Shown here one piece after another: positions 7,936 through 15,916 of a DNA stretch of 28,466 nucleotides. The position numbers and the translations under genes were made by a program. Each line of letters begins with the position of its first letter. Within the stretch, counting starts at the first letter, position 1. Under the pieces are notes generated by a model. The model was not told where the DNA came from and searched no databases. It saw only the letters and a list, made by a program, of their open reading frames with translations. Source of the DNA: a virus (lineage: Duplodnaviria > Caudoviricetes); the IMG/VR virus record IMGVR_UViG_3300048670_000456, positions 1-28,466 of that record; one strand, written 5' to 3'.

Positions 7936-7958
7936 ATGTAATTAATTCATCAGTGTAT
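7936..7958. promoter_or_regulatory. Conserved operator/promoter motif copy
   Basis: ATGTAATTAATTCATCAGTGTAT, 19/23 identical to the copy at 2438. Confidence 0.65.
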
Positions 7959-7977
7959 GAATAAAAGCATAAAAAAA

Positions 7978-8193
7978 TTATTTAAACCTTTTGATGACAT
8001 GACCGTTTATATTTCGAGCTTCATTCACTTCTAAAAAGTTAATAGTGTGCAATTCATGCAACCCAAAAGTTCCGTCGGTTTTATCGTAGTCTTCTTTGGT
8101 TGGAATTAGGTCCACAAACTTTGTTTTAATTCCGTCTTTAGTGAAAGATTTGCTTTTACAACCACCAAAAATTCTTACCGGAAATGCAAGCAT
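7978..8193 (-). CDS. Hypothetical early protein
   Basis: ORF in tightly packed early run. Confidence 0.6.
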   Translation of the reverse strand: MLAFPVRIFGGCKSKSFTKDGIKTKFVDLIPTKEDYDKTDGTFGLHELHTINFLEVNEARNINGHVIKRFK

Positions 8194-8195
8194 AG

Positions 8196-8495
8196 TTATT
8201 TTTTAGTTGAATTAAAAACTGAAATACAAATTGTTTCAGCTAATTGATTAGTTTGAAAATACTTTCCAAACTCAGTCTTAATTAAAGGTATGTTATTTTT
8301 AATAAATAAATCATGAACTTTTTTTCTATCTTTTGGTGACATAGGTCTAAGATAATATTTAAGTTCAGGTTCCCAAAAGTAAGCAATACCCATGTAATGC
8401 TCAGTTCCTATGTTTTTCCTGTCCATTTTTAGTAATGACAAGTGAACTTTAGGAGTAGTAAGTACAACTTCTGTTTCAAATGCTATTGATGACAT
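8196..8495 (-). CDS. Hypothetical early protein
   Basis: GGAG RBS; tightly packed. Confidence 0.65.
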   Translation of the reverse strand: MSSIAFETEVVLTTPKVHLSLLKMDRKNIGTEHYMGIAYFWEPELKYYLRPMSPKDRKKVHDLFIKNNIPLIKTEFGKYFQTNQLAETICISVFNSTKK

Positions 8496-8655
8496 ATTTA
8501 GACTCCATTATGTTATTGATTATTTCGTTAAATGTATTTTTATCACCTATCCAACAAGTGCCATTTTCGACATTAGTTGGAACATCGTAGAGTTCTTTAA
8601 TGAAAGAAAAGTCTTCATTGTCATATAGACCACTTCCTTTAAACTCATATTGCAT
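8476..8655 (-). CDS. Hypothetical early protein
   Basis: Start MQYEFK at 8655 preceded by GGAG. Confidence 0.6.
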   Translation of the reverse strand: MQYEFKGSGLYDNEDFSFIKELYDVPTNVENGTCWIGDKNTFNEIINNIMESKYVINSI

Positions 8656-8656
8656 A

Positions 8657-8851
8657 CTAAGCTCCATTAGTTGGCTTGTTTAATTCTTGAACTTCTTTAG
8701 CAACAAAAGCTTTGAACCTATTTTTATCAAAGTTTGAGTTTGCTTCTTTAAAGATGCTCTCAAAGTCTTCTTGCAAGTTATCAATAGTATAATTTTCGTG
8801 TTTAGCTTTTGCGAAAGCACTTGCAAATTTTACGAAGTCTTTTTTAGTCAT
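8657..8851 (-). CDS. Hypothetical early protein
   Basis: MTKKDFVKFA...NSNFDKNRFKAF; AAGGAG RBS. Confidence 0.7.
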   Translation of the reverse strand: MTKKDFVKFASAFAKAKHENYTIDNLQEDFESIFKEANSNFDKNRFKAFVAKEVQELNKPTNGA

Positions 8852-8853
8852 TA

Positions 8854-9141
8854 TTAAGCTCCTTTATGATTAATTATTTCAAATTGTGTTTCTACGCTTT
8901 GACTATCAACATCTTGATTGTCAAAAATTAAGCAGTTATTCCATTCGTATAACCACTTATTTTTATTTTTTAATTTAACGTGAACATATTCAACTTGATT
9001 GCTTTCATTTTTTTCTATTTTCACAATAGTTCCTTCATCATTAAAAATGACATTAGAACGTAAAATTGTGTGTTCGTGATTTTTCAATTTAATGACATCA
9101 CCAACATTCATTTGTTTCAATGTTACTTTTTTATTATTCAT
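8854..9141 (-). CDS. Hypothetical early protein (beta-rich, SH3/KOW-like pattern)
   Basis: GAGG RBS; VGDVIKL...EGTIVKI...YVHVKL pattern. Confidence 0.65.
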   Translation of the reverse strand: MNNKKVTLKQMNVGDVIKLKNHEHTILRSNVIFNDEGTIVKIEKNESNQVEYVHVKLKNKNKWLYEWNNCLIFDNQDVDSQSVETQFEIINHKGA

Positions 9142-9163
9142 CTTAACCTCTTAAGTTGATTTA

Positions 9164-9186
9164 GTGTAATTAATACACTGTCGAAT
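9164..9186. promoter_or_regulatory. Conserved operator/promoter motif copy at head of early operon
   Basis: GTGTAATTAATACACTGTCGAAT. A TTTACA -35-like hexamer lies just upstream on the minus strand. Confidence 0.55.
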
Positions 9187-9412
9187 GTATATGTAAACTA
9201 TAAAAAAATTAATTTTATATAAAATGTTAATAACTTTATTTCAGATATATTATTAAGATACGTGTGCTTTAAAAGTTACAGTTGTGTATCTATAACGACA
9301 CACTACTTCTTATTTATGATTATTTGATTTAGATTTTAAAAGGTGAGATTTGGTCCAATGATAGGTATGGACTAACGTGAACTTGATGATCCTAAATGAT
9401 CCTAATGAGTCT

Positions 9413-9667
9413 TTATGAGCTCAATTTGTGGTCAAAGCATCGATATGCGTAATATTGAGATTTATATTCAAGTGCTATAGATTTTACATCTTCATCACAA
9501 GATTGCTTAAGATCTTTAAGAATTACTTTATGGTTAGTTAAGTAAACTATGATGAAATGCTTTTCACTATATTTGTTGATATTGAGTTTAAAATAATCAA
9601 CTAATAATAAAACATAAGTAACAACTACAAATACTATTAATATCTTTAAGGTAAGCTTCGAAACCAT
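9413..9667 (-). CDS. Hypothetical membrane-anchored protein
   Basis: AAGGA RBS; N-terminal hydrophobic segment. Confidence 0.5.
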   Translation of the reverse strand: MVSKLTLKILIVFVVVTYVLLLVDYFKLNINKYSEKHFIIVYLTNHKVILKDLKQSCDEDVKSIALEYKSQYYAYRCFDHKLSS

Positions 9668-9921
9668 TTGTTTGTTTCCTTTAAGTTTATTATTTTAATT
9701 TTTAGTGAACCAACACGTTTCTTTAAGGTCCTATTTTGTTTGATTAGGTCCTTTGTAAGTTTCTTATAGTTCATATTGTATTCACTAATGTATTAAATTC
9801 TATATGTGTTACTAATACATACATCATACGTATACATCACAAAAAAAATAGAAGCCCACCAAGAAAGATACGCAAAGAAATAACAAGAAGTGCAACAATC
9901 AATACTTATTAAGCTTTAAGG
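9514..9921. repeat. Scattered short repeats CTTTAAG(G), T7 end-region-like
   Basis: CTTTAAGG at 9644, 9721 and 9914; CTTTAAG at 9514 and 9679. The minus-strand reading CCTTAAAG resembles T7 CCTAAAG repeats near the termini. Confidence 0.35.
9771..9793. promoter_or_regulatory. Conserved operator/promoter motif copy
   Basis: Contains ATTCACTAATGTAT (9780-9793), matching the palindrome consensus. Confidence 0.55.
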
Positions 9922-9993
9922 ATATTTTATCCTTTATAAAACGATACGGTTATTAGTCTATTTGATTTTATAGACACTACTATGGTGACAATA

Positions 9994-10057
9994 GCCTACA
10001 CACACGCCCCAAAAGTCATATGGGGACACGGGGGCGAGACGGCCCATGACAACCCTC
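9994..10057. other. GC-rich structured island at the probable genome end/start (terminal repeat) junction
   Basis: Non-coding, between the last late gene and first early genes. CGCCCC/GGGGCG, CCCCA/TGGGG and GTCAT(AT)GGG/CCCATGAC complementarities in an otherwise very AT-rich sequence. Confidence 0.45.
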
Positions 10058-10417
10058 TTAAATTTTTCTACCAAAATCTAGGTGATAAAATAACCAATCT
10101 CTAAGTTCAGACCTATAGAACAATTCAGTTATGTCGTTAGCAAATGAGTTAACTACTAATTCCTCTGAATTGCCTTCTTCAAGTTGGTTGATGTAGTAGA
10201 TATGATGGTTGAGCTCATGTAAAACTAAGTTCACAGCATCAGGTCCACCTAAATTTATAATATCTTGGTCTAAATATACAGTGTATGGGATAGTAGATAT
10301 GTAGCAGCCAAACTGTTCACCTACATCTTTACTAATCTTTGAATCTAATAACTTAAGGTTTACTGTCGAATAACCTAGAGTTACTTTGTCTGGTAGTCTT
10401 GGTTTACTTTGAGTCAT
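10058..10417 (-). CDS. Small HExxH metallopeptidase-like phage protein
   Basis: VLHELNH followed by EELVVN. Confidence 0.6.
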   Translation of the reverse strand: MTQSKPRLPDKVTLGYSTVNLKLLDSKISKDVGEQFGCYISTIPYTVYLDQDIINLGGPDAVNLVLHELNHHIYYINQLEEGNSEELVVNSFANDITELFYRSELRDWLFYHLDFGRKI

Positions 10418-10498
10418 CTGTAAGTCTATCTAGGTTATCTTAGTATTACTTATAATTGGACCCAGAACCACTTCAATACGTGTCCCTATTAAACGCAA

Positions 10499-10514
10499 GT
10501 GTAATTTATACACT
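10499..10514. promoter_or_regulatory. Partial copy of the conserved motif
   Basis: GTGTAATTTATACACT, 15/16 identical to 9164-9179. Confidence 0.45.
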
Positions 10515-10558
10515 CAAGGTTACTAGGGTAAGGGCTAGGGTCTTATCGTCAATCCTAA

Positions 10559-12238
10559 TCAATTTATGAAAGAATTAGAGCGTCTTTTAGACTGACCTAA
10601 TGCACTTCTCATAAACTTATCAAGTTCAGCGTTTAATCGTTCTTCCTTAGCTAATTGATCAGCTTGATCTATAGATCTACCAACGGCTGAATTCCAATAA
10701 CCAACAGCCATAGCTAAGACATCTATTTGGTCATCATGTCTTAAGCAACCTTTGGTCTTTGTGAGTCTAGTCATTTGATAGAATAGCTGGTGTTCTTTTT
10801 CTAATCTAAAATCAGATTTAATTATATCTTGGTCAACTATTAACCTATGTGAGTTCATCACTGGTTCTAAAGTATCTATAATTCGTTTTTCTTTTTGTAC
10901 TGAACTTCTGATCTCTTCAATTGTACAAGGGTAAATTTGGGTTAGTATAGGTTCTAGTAATCTATTAAACATACCGTCACCAAAGTTACTTTCGATTACA
11001 ATATGATTAACTGAATTTGTTTTAGCAACAGTAGCTAGTAATTTTAAAGTCTCAGGTTCGTAACCACCTTGAAATGAACCACAATCAGTTAAGTATAATA
11101 AACCATTTAAACTTTTAACAACTGCGTAAGCTGTTCTATCAGCACCTCTTCCTGCAGGATCGATTGACATAACACTTCCTTCGAACGCATAGTAATCTTT
11201 AGATACATACATAGGTCCGACTAGTGAATCACCTTTAAGTCCAACATTAGGTAAATCTGGATCTAGTAGTTTTATTTGGTCTACACTACTTGCCCATTGT
11301 ATTTTACCGGGTGCGTCTTTCCATGACCTAATGCCACTCATAATGATTAAATCATTTAATTTAAGTGGATATTGGTTTAGGTCAGACAACGTAGTATCTA
11401 ACATAAACTGAAGTGAAAATCCTGATCGACCATAAGAGGCTTCTCGTTCCATTAAATCAAGATCATCAAATCTTAATGGATCTATTGGATCACCTTTTTT
11501 AAAACCTTTTTTATTCTCAACTAAACTTGCAGCTAATTTATTACCATAATTAATAATACCTTTTTCGTCTGGATAACGTGCAGGCCAAATTTGAGTTTTA
11601 AATCCTCTTTCGTCTAGTGTGTTATATAAACTAAACTCAGTTTGTGGAGTTCCTAAGAATATAATACGTCCTATTTCTGGTTTAATAATTGAATCAAATT
11701 CTTTTACTGTCTCACTAAGACGTTCTCTCATTAACTGAGTTTGAGAGTTGTTAGCTGATTCAACGTCGTCAGCAATAATTAAGTCAGCTCGTGAACCTGT
11801 AAGTTGACCTGTAATACCCATAGATTTACAACTAGGTGCATGAGATGCTCTAGCTGGACCAACGTCAAATGAGATCTTAGAAGATCTTTGATCTGGACCT
11901 GGTTTCAAATGTTCTAGTATTGGTATTTCGTTTATAATTCTTTGTGTAAATGTACTAAAGTCATCAGACCTAGATTTACTTGCAGACACAACAAGTATGT
12001 TCTTTTGAGGATCCATATACCAATTCCAAACACTAAATGCTGAAGTAATCCAAGATTTACCAGCTCCTCTAAAGGCTTGTATTGAAATTCTTTTTGGACC
12101 GTATTGTAAGTAATCAGCTATTTCGTATTGAATACTAGTTGGTGCAGGTAATTGTAAATGCTTCCATACTAAATATAAAAAGTTTTTAAAATTACTTAAT
12201 TGTGTTTTTAAATTATCTTCTTTTTTCTTCGTCATCAA
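10559..12238 (-). CDS. terL: Terminase large subunit (T7 gp19-like)
   Basis: AFRGAGKSWITSAF Walker A, LTGSRADLIIADDVE Walker B, FLGTPQ, nuclease SIDPAGRGAD, ESNFGDGMF and HDDQID. Confidence 0.98.
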   Translation of the reverse strand: MMTKKKEDNLKTQLSNFKNFLYLVWKHLQLPAPTSIQYEIADYLQYGPKRISIQAFRGAGKSWITSAFSVWNWYMDPQKNILVVSASKSRSDDFSTFTQRIINEIPILEHLKPGPDQRSSKISFDVGPARASHAPSCKSMGITGQLTGSRADLIIADDVESANNSQTQLMRERLSETVKEFDSIIKPEIGRIIFLGTPQTEFSLYNTLDERGFKTQIWPARYPDEKGIINYGNKLAASLVENKKGFKKGDPIDPLRFDDLDLMEREASYGRSGFSLQFMLDTTLSDLNQYPLKLNDLIIMSGIRSWKDAPGKIQWASSVDQIKLLDPDLPNVGLKGDSLVGPMYVSKDYYAFEGSVMSIDPAGRGADRTAYAVVKSLNGLLYLTDCGSFQGGYEPETLKLLATVAKTNSVNHIVIESNFGDGMFNRLLEPILTQIYPCTIEEIRSSVQKEKRIIDTLEPVMNSHRLIVDQDIIKSDFRLEKEHQLFYQMTRLTKTKGCLRHDDQIDVLAMAVGYWNSAVGRSIDQADQLAKEERLNAELDKFMRSALGQSKRRSNSFIN

Positions 12239-12449
12239 ATGGGAGATCCTTTAGTAAATCCACATCTGAATTTGATTGAATGCCTGTACTATATGTTTTG
12301 CATATATCTAAACACACTTTCATCTCAGATGCTGTTAATGGCTCTAGTGATTTTAAACGTGTGTGCGCTTGTGTAATTAGCATGTCAACTATTTCGTCGG
12401 CTTTTTGTTTTGTACTTGTAATTTCTTTTTCAACTTGAATTTCTGACAT
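12213..12449 (-). CDS. terS: Terminase small subunit (T7 gp18-like)
   Basis: Directly upstream of and overlapping terL; LTASEM..C..I helix and C-terminal LLKDLPFD. Confidence 0.7.
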   Translation of the reverse strand: MSEIQVEKEITSTKQKADEIVDMLITQAHTRLKSLEPLTASEMKVCLDICKTYSTGIQSNSDVDLLKDLPFDDEEKRR

Positions 12450-12451
12450 AA

Positions 12452-12832
12452 TTATTTTTTAGTAAATGCGTCAATGCTTGGTTTCAATCCGTAGATAGCA
12501 CCGAAGATACCAACAATTAACCATTGATACCAAGAAGGAAACTTACCAAAGTAATCAAAAAATAAATCTAATTTAGTTTTAATATTAATGTCGTCACTAA
12601 TAACTGCGTAAGATAAAACAAGAATTGGAATACAAACTACAATTAGGACAAATTCGTCTTTCCATGAACGATCTTGTTGATCGGCTACATCTCTTTGGTA
12701 TTCGATTTCACCACGCGCCATACGTTCATAGTGTCTTTTTTCAGCTTCAGATTCTAAAAGTTCTGATTGTTTATGATTTTTATAAATCTCAGCACCAGTT
12801 TTAAAAACTGTCGGTATTATATTCCACCACAT
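12452..12832 (-). CDS. Putative holin
   Basis: SWKDEF motif followed by two hydrophobic segments; lies between lysozyme and terS. Confidence 0.6.
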   Translation of the reverse strand: MWWNIIPTVFKTGAEIYKNHKQSELLESEAEKRHYERMARGEIEYQRDVADQQDRSWKDEFVLIVVCIPILVLSYAVISDDINIKTKLDLFFDYFGKFPSWYQWLIVGIFGAIYGLKPSIDAFTKK

Positions 12833-12833
12833 A

Positions 12834-13259
12834 TTATTCGCAGCTCCTTATAATGTTTGATAATTCTTGGCAGCGCGCAGGCGTTTGTTCGTACCATTTA
12901 CTTAATAGCATTTCATTAGCTGCTCTGTTGTAATCGTATTTTTTTAAAGCATCTAAGAAGTTTACAAACTTAGTTACTTTTGGAAGACCTAATTGAAAAC
13001 ACATTTCAATAACAACATTAAATGCTTCGTTAGGTAAATCTAAATGACTTACTAATTTAGTTGCGTCTCTTAAAGCAATTGAAAAATCTTTTTCAAATAA
13101 TTCGTCTAATTCTTTTTTTGAATATTGTATGCCCGGTAAAATTCCGTCTTCAGTTACTAAATGACCATATCCAATAGTCTTTTTGCCTAGACTATCTAAA
13201 TACATTACGTCTCTAAAGCCTTCGTGTTTTTTAATTCTATTTTTTAGCTCGTCGTACAT
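12834..13259 (-). CDS. Endolysin, T4-lysozyme-like muramidase (GH24)
   Basis: HEG...YLDSLG..TIGYGHL (E-D-T triad), MCFQLG, AANEMLLSKW..QTPAR. Confidence 0.92.
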   Translation of the reverse strand: MYDELKNRIKKHEGFRDVMYLDSLGKKTIGYGHLVTEDGILPGIQYSKKELDELFEKDFSIALRDATKLVSHLDLPNEAFNVVIEMCFQLGLPKVTKFVNFLDALKKYDYNRAANEMLLSKWYEQTPARCQELSNIIRSCE

Positions 13260-13265
13260 TTAGAT

Positions 13266-13502
13266 TTATTTTTGCGACAAATATTGCCAAATTGTAAATA
13301 TTGTTCCAAGCATAGCAACAATTCCTATGAGAACTTTTGCACCACCTTTAGACATGGCAATTTGTTCTTTTACTTCTGTTATTTCTTTTCCGTGTTGATT
13401 TATATCAGAATGAATATGATCAATTTTTTTATTCATATCTTTTAATATATGTATCAATAAATTTTGGTTGACAGATGTAGCTTGGATTTTTCTTTTAGGC
13501 AT
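13266..13502 (-). CDS. Coiled-coil protein with C-terminal TM helix (lysis accessory?)
   Basis: Heptad-rich N-terminus, then KGG and a hydrophobic helix; heads the lysis cluster. Confidence 0.6.
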   Translation of the reverse strand: MPKRKIQATSVNQNLLIHILKDMNKKIDHIHSDINQHGKEITEVKEQIAMSKGGAKVLIGIVAMLGTIFTIWQYLSQK

Positions 13503-13512
13503 AAAGATTAAA

Positions 13513-13533
13513 TGGCTAGCATTACACTAGCCA
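13513..13533 (-). terminator. Hairpin, possible intrinsic terminator/attenuator before lysis genes
   Basis: TGGCTAG-N7-CTAGCCA followed on the minus strand by TTTAATCTTT. Confidence 0.45.
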
Positions 13534-13548
13534 AATAATTAATATTAT

Positions 13549-13707
13549 TTACTCTTCGTCTTCTTCGTTTTCGTCGTCGATTTCAAAGCTCTCATCATCT
13601 TCAAAATCTTCGTTATTTTCATCTAATTTTTCTTTTAATTCAGCAAATTTATCTTCAATTTCTTCAATAAGATCCGCTGAAGTTTTTTCCTTTTTTTTAC
13701 GTACCAT
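13549..13707 (-). CDS. 52-aa very acidic protein (below ORF-track cutoff)
   Basis: MVRKKKEKTSADLIEEIEDKFAELKEKLDENNEDFEDDESFEIDDENEEDEE. Confidence 0.7.
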   Translation of the reverse strand: MVRKKKEKTSADLIEEIEDKFAELKEKLDENNEDFEDDESFEIDDENEEDEE

Positions 13708-13734
13708 ATTAGTGCTTAATGTTTGTTGTTAGTT

Positions 13735-13944
13735 TTACTTTTTGTTATTTTGAAAAAATGCTTCAACTGACTTTGCGTAGTCTTTGAAGGCATCTGCCCA
13801 AAATTTCTGAACCTGTCCTGCGAAGTTTTCTGTAGCTTTCTTAGCTTCTTCGTAAGAAGGAATTTCAAATTTAGGTGTGAACATATTTTCCTCTTGTGTT
13901 GGTTTGTTTAAAAATTGTATTTCTTCAAATGTATAAGGTGTCAT
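13735..13944 (-). CDS. Hypothetical amphipathic helical protein
   Basis: ORF track; alternative start MFTPK at 13884 has a GAGG RBS. Confidence 0.6.
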   Translation of the reverse strand: MTPYTFEEIQFLNKPTQEENMFTPKFEIPSYEEAKKATENFAGQVQKFWADAFKDYAKSVEAFFQNNKK

Positions 13945-14028
13945 TTATTTAGGTCTAATGTTGTAACAAATATAAATTGTTAAAATTAAACTTACATAAA
14001 CTGCTATTTCTATAGTTGTAAAAATCAT
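13945..14028 (-). CDS. 27-aa hydrophobic peptide
   Basis: MIFTTIEIAVYVSLILTIYICYNIRPK; abuts both neighbours. Confidence 0.45.
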   Translation of the reverse strand: MIFTTIEIAVYVSLILTIYICYNIRPK

Positions 14029-14030
14029 AG

Positions 14031-14171
14031 TTATTTAATGGTTAAATTAGGGAAACCAGCTTTCATATTAGAATATGCTTTAGCTGATATAGTTGATTTA
14101 GCTTTGCTTCTGCTTGTGCCTGCTTTTTTTCTACGATTAATATTGGCGTATAGTCCTCGTCTTTTTTCCAT
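14031..14171 (-). CDS. 46-aa basic protein of a type common in aquatic podophages
   Basis: MEKRRGLYANINRRKKAGTSRSKAKSTISAKAYSNMKAGFPNLTIK. Confidence 0.7.
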   Translation of the reverse strand: MEKRRGLYANINRRKKAGTSRSKAKSTISAKAYSNMKAGFPNLTIK

Positions 14172-14209
14172 ATTTATTTAATTGTTAATTTCTACTAAAT
14201 TAGTAGGGT

Positions 14210-14329
14210 TTAAGAATCTTTTTTATTTATGTCTTTAAAGTGTTCTGCAAATTCTTTATTTAAAACATCAAATTTACAACCATAAAAACTGGCTATAAGA
14301 AAAATTATAAATACTAAAATAAATATCAT
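14210..14329 (-). CDS. 39-aa membrane peptide, lipobox-like FYGC
   Basis: MIFILVFIIFLIASFYGCKFDVLNKEFAEHFKDINKKDS; ATGA overlap with upstream ORF. Confidence 0.5.
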   Translation of the reverse strand: MIFILVFIIFLIASFYGCKFDVLNKEFAEHFKDINKKDS

Positions 14330-14439
14330 TTAGTTAATTGTTTAAGTTTTTCTTTTAGCTTTGCTAATCTCTCAGCACACTTGCAGATAACTTCTTTACC
14401 GCAGGTACATGGTTTGCATTTACAATCTTTATGTTTCAT
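14326..14439 (-). CDS. 37-aa Cys-rich peptide with three CxC motifs (below ORF-track cutoff)
   Basis: MKHKDCKCKPCTCGKEVICKCAERLAKLKEKLKQLTK; starts 6 nt after the radical SAM stop. Confidence 0.6.
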   Translation of the reverse strand: MKHKDCKCKPCTCGKEVICKCAERLAKLKEKLKQLTK

Positions 14440-14445
14440 AATTTA

Positions 14446-15897
14446 TTAAGCAGTAACCGATTGTTGTGTTGGTACTATTAATTTATCTACAAAATCTTGA
14501 GATATAACTTCAAACTTATCGTTCATATTATCTCGTCTAGGAGTTCCTTCTATGTAACGTAAAATTCCACCAGTAAGTCTAAATAAAGCCGCACCGAGCA
14601 TTGCTACGTTATAATTATAAGAAACATCACATGCTTTAGTCCAAAATTCATTCTCTAAAAATAAACATGCACCTTTACATAATTGAACCACTGGACATCT
14701 TACGCACTCGCTTCTAGTTCTAAAGTGATGAACTAAAGTCATCTCCATAGCTTTAATATTTTCAGTCTTACCTATGTTATGCTTTGGAAGATTTGCGTTT
14801 GTATTTTGACAAGTCATTGCATTGCCTTTTAAATCAACAGCAAGAATATCAGGACTATCCATTCCACACTTTTGACCAAATACAGTAAATGGTCTTTGTG
14901 TTTTTATAGAATTAAAAAAGTCATCAATTTTTTGAAAAACTGTAGCTACACTTAAAGTAGTTCCAAAAGCCGCTTCTTCAAATAAGACTTCTCTCATTTC
15001 CTTTTGTTCTTCAGGAAGTGTTGGAGATAACATCATTCCACCAGCATCATAGGGAAGCATAATTTCTTCAGTAGTTAATGGAATTTCCATTGGTGTTAAT
15101 CCCATCTTCTCTGCTATGTACTCTCTAACTTTATGTAATGAATAATTCTTAACTGTAAGAACACAGTTAAAACCTATTCTTCCTTTAGGAAATAAAATTT
15201 TATAAGCATATTTAACTGCTTCTAAAGTTTTAGGTACACAAAGAATATCCTCACCTCTTTGGTCTTTATAAACAGCTCCATCGTGAGAAATACCAACTTG
15301 AAAATCTAAACTGTCTAACCAATCAACAATCTCAGGAGTGAGCATTGATGCGTTAGTGATGATATTAAATTCAGCTTTAGGAAATTTCTTTCTTAAACCC
15401 TCAGCTAATACTTTTAAAACTTTAATATAAACTAATGGTTCTCCGCCCCAGAACTCCCATCTCGTCTTATTTCCATCACCTTTGAACCAAGTATCTAGTT
15501 CATCTAAAAACTTTTGTGCTTCAACAGGATTTCCTTGAAATGAGTTTGGAACTTGAGATGCTTGATTACAATAACTACAAGCATAATTACATTTTAAACC
15601 CATCTGAATTTTTACATTGTTTGGCTTATCAGATTTCTTTGCAGGGTTACTTGGAGAGTTAGGTGTCCATTCGTGAAAATGTCCCTTAGTATATTCCATG
15701 TTTATACTCTCTAACGATATAGGTAATCCATTCTCTGTAAGTTCAGAGGTATGTGGTTTATACATTAAGTATCTCCAACCCTTTGGATATTGAAGATGAA
15801 ATTTGTATTCTGGTGGATTACTTGTATCGTAAGTCCTAATTATCTCTGGTTCTTTTTTCTTCCAAGAAGCAAAGTTATACTCTGATGAGTTACTCAT
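14446..15897 (-). CDS. Radical SAM / SPASM-domain peptide or protein maturase
   Basis: CNYACSYC (CxxxCxxC), WGGEPL, ITNA and ISHDG; C-terminal SPASM cysteines CG..AVDLKGNAMTC..IG..CVRCPVVQLCKGAC..C. Confidence 0.93.
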   Translation of the reverse strand: MSNSSEYNFASWKKKEPEIIRTYDTSNPPEYKFHLQYPKGWRYLMYKPHTSELTENGLPISLESINMEYTKGHFHEWTPNSPSNPAKKSDKPNNVKIQMGLKCNYACSYCNQASQVPNSFQGNPVEAQKFLDELDTWFKGDGNKTRWEFWGGEPLVYIKVLKVLAEGLRKKFPKAEFNIITNASMLTPEIVDWLDSLDFQVGISHDGAVYKDQRGEDILCVPKTLEAVKYAYKILFPKGRIGFNCVLTVKNYSLHKVREYIAEKMGLTPMEIPLTTEEIMLPYDAGGMMLSPTLPEEQKEMREVLFEEAAFGTTLSVATVFQKIDDFFNSIKTQRPFTVFGQKCGMDSPDILAVDLKGNAMTCQNTNANLPKHNIGKTENIKAMEMTLVHHFRTRSECVRCPVVQLCKGACLFLENEFWTKACDVSYNYNVAMLGAALFRLTGGILRYIEGTPRRDNMNDKFEVISQDFVDKLIVPTQQSVTA

Positions 15898-15916
15898 ATA
15901 TGCCTTTAGTTAGGGT

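Noticed and set aside
14192-14206. CTACT-AAATT-AGTAG hairpin as terminator
   Set aside because: Short AT-rich stem with no U-tract on the coding strand.
14446-15897. Radical SAM as QueE, anaerobic RNR activase, MoaA or sulfatase maturase
   Set aside because: It has a full SPASM domain, and no queuosine, nrdD, molybdopterin or sulfatase genes are in the window. The Cys-rich neighbour is a better substrate candidate.
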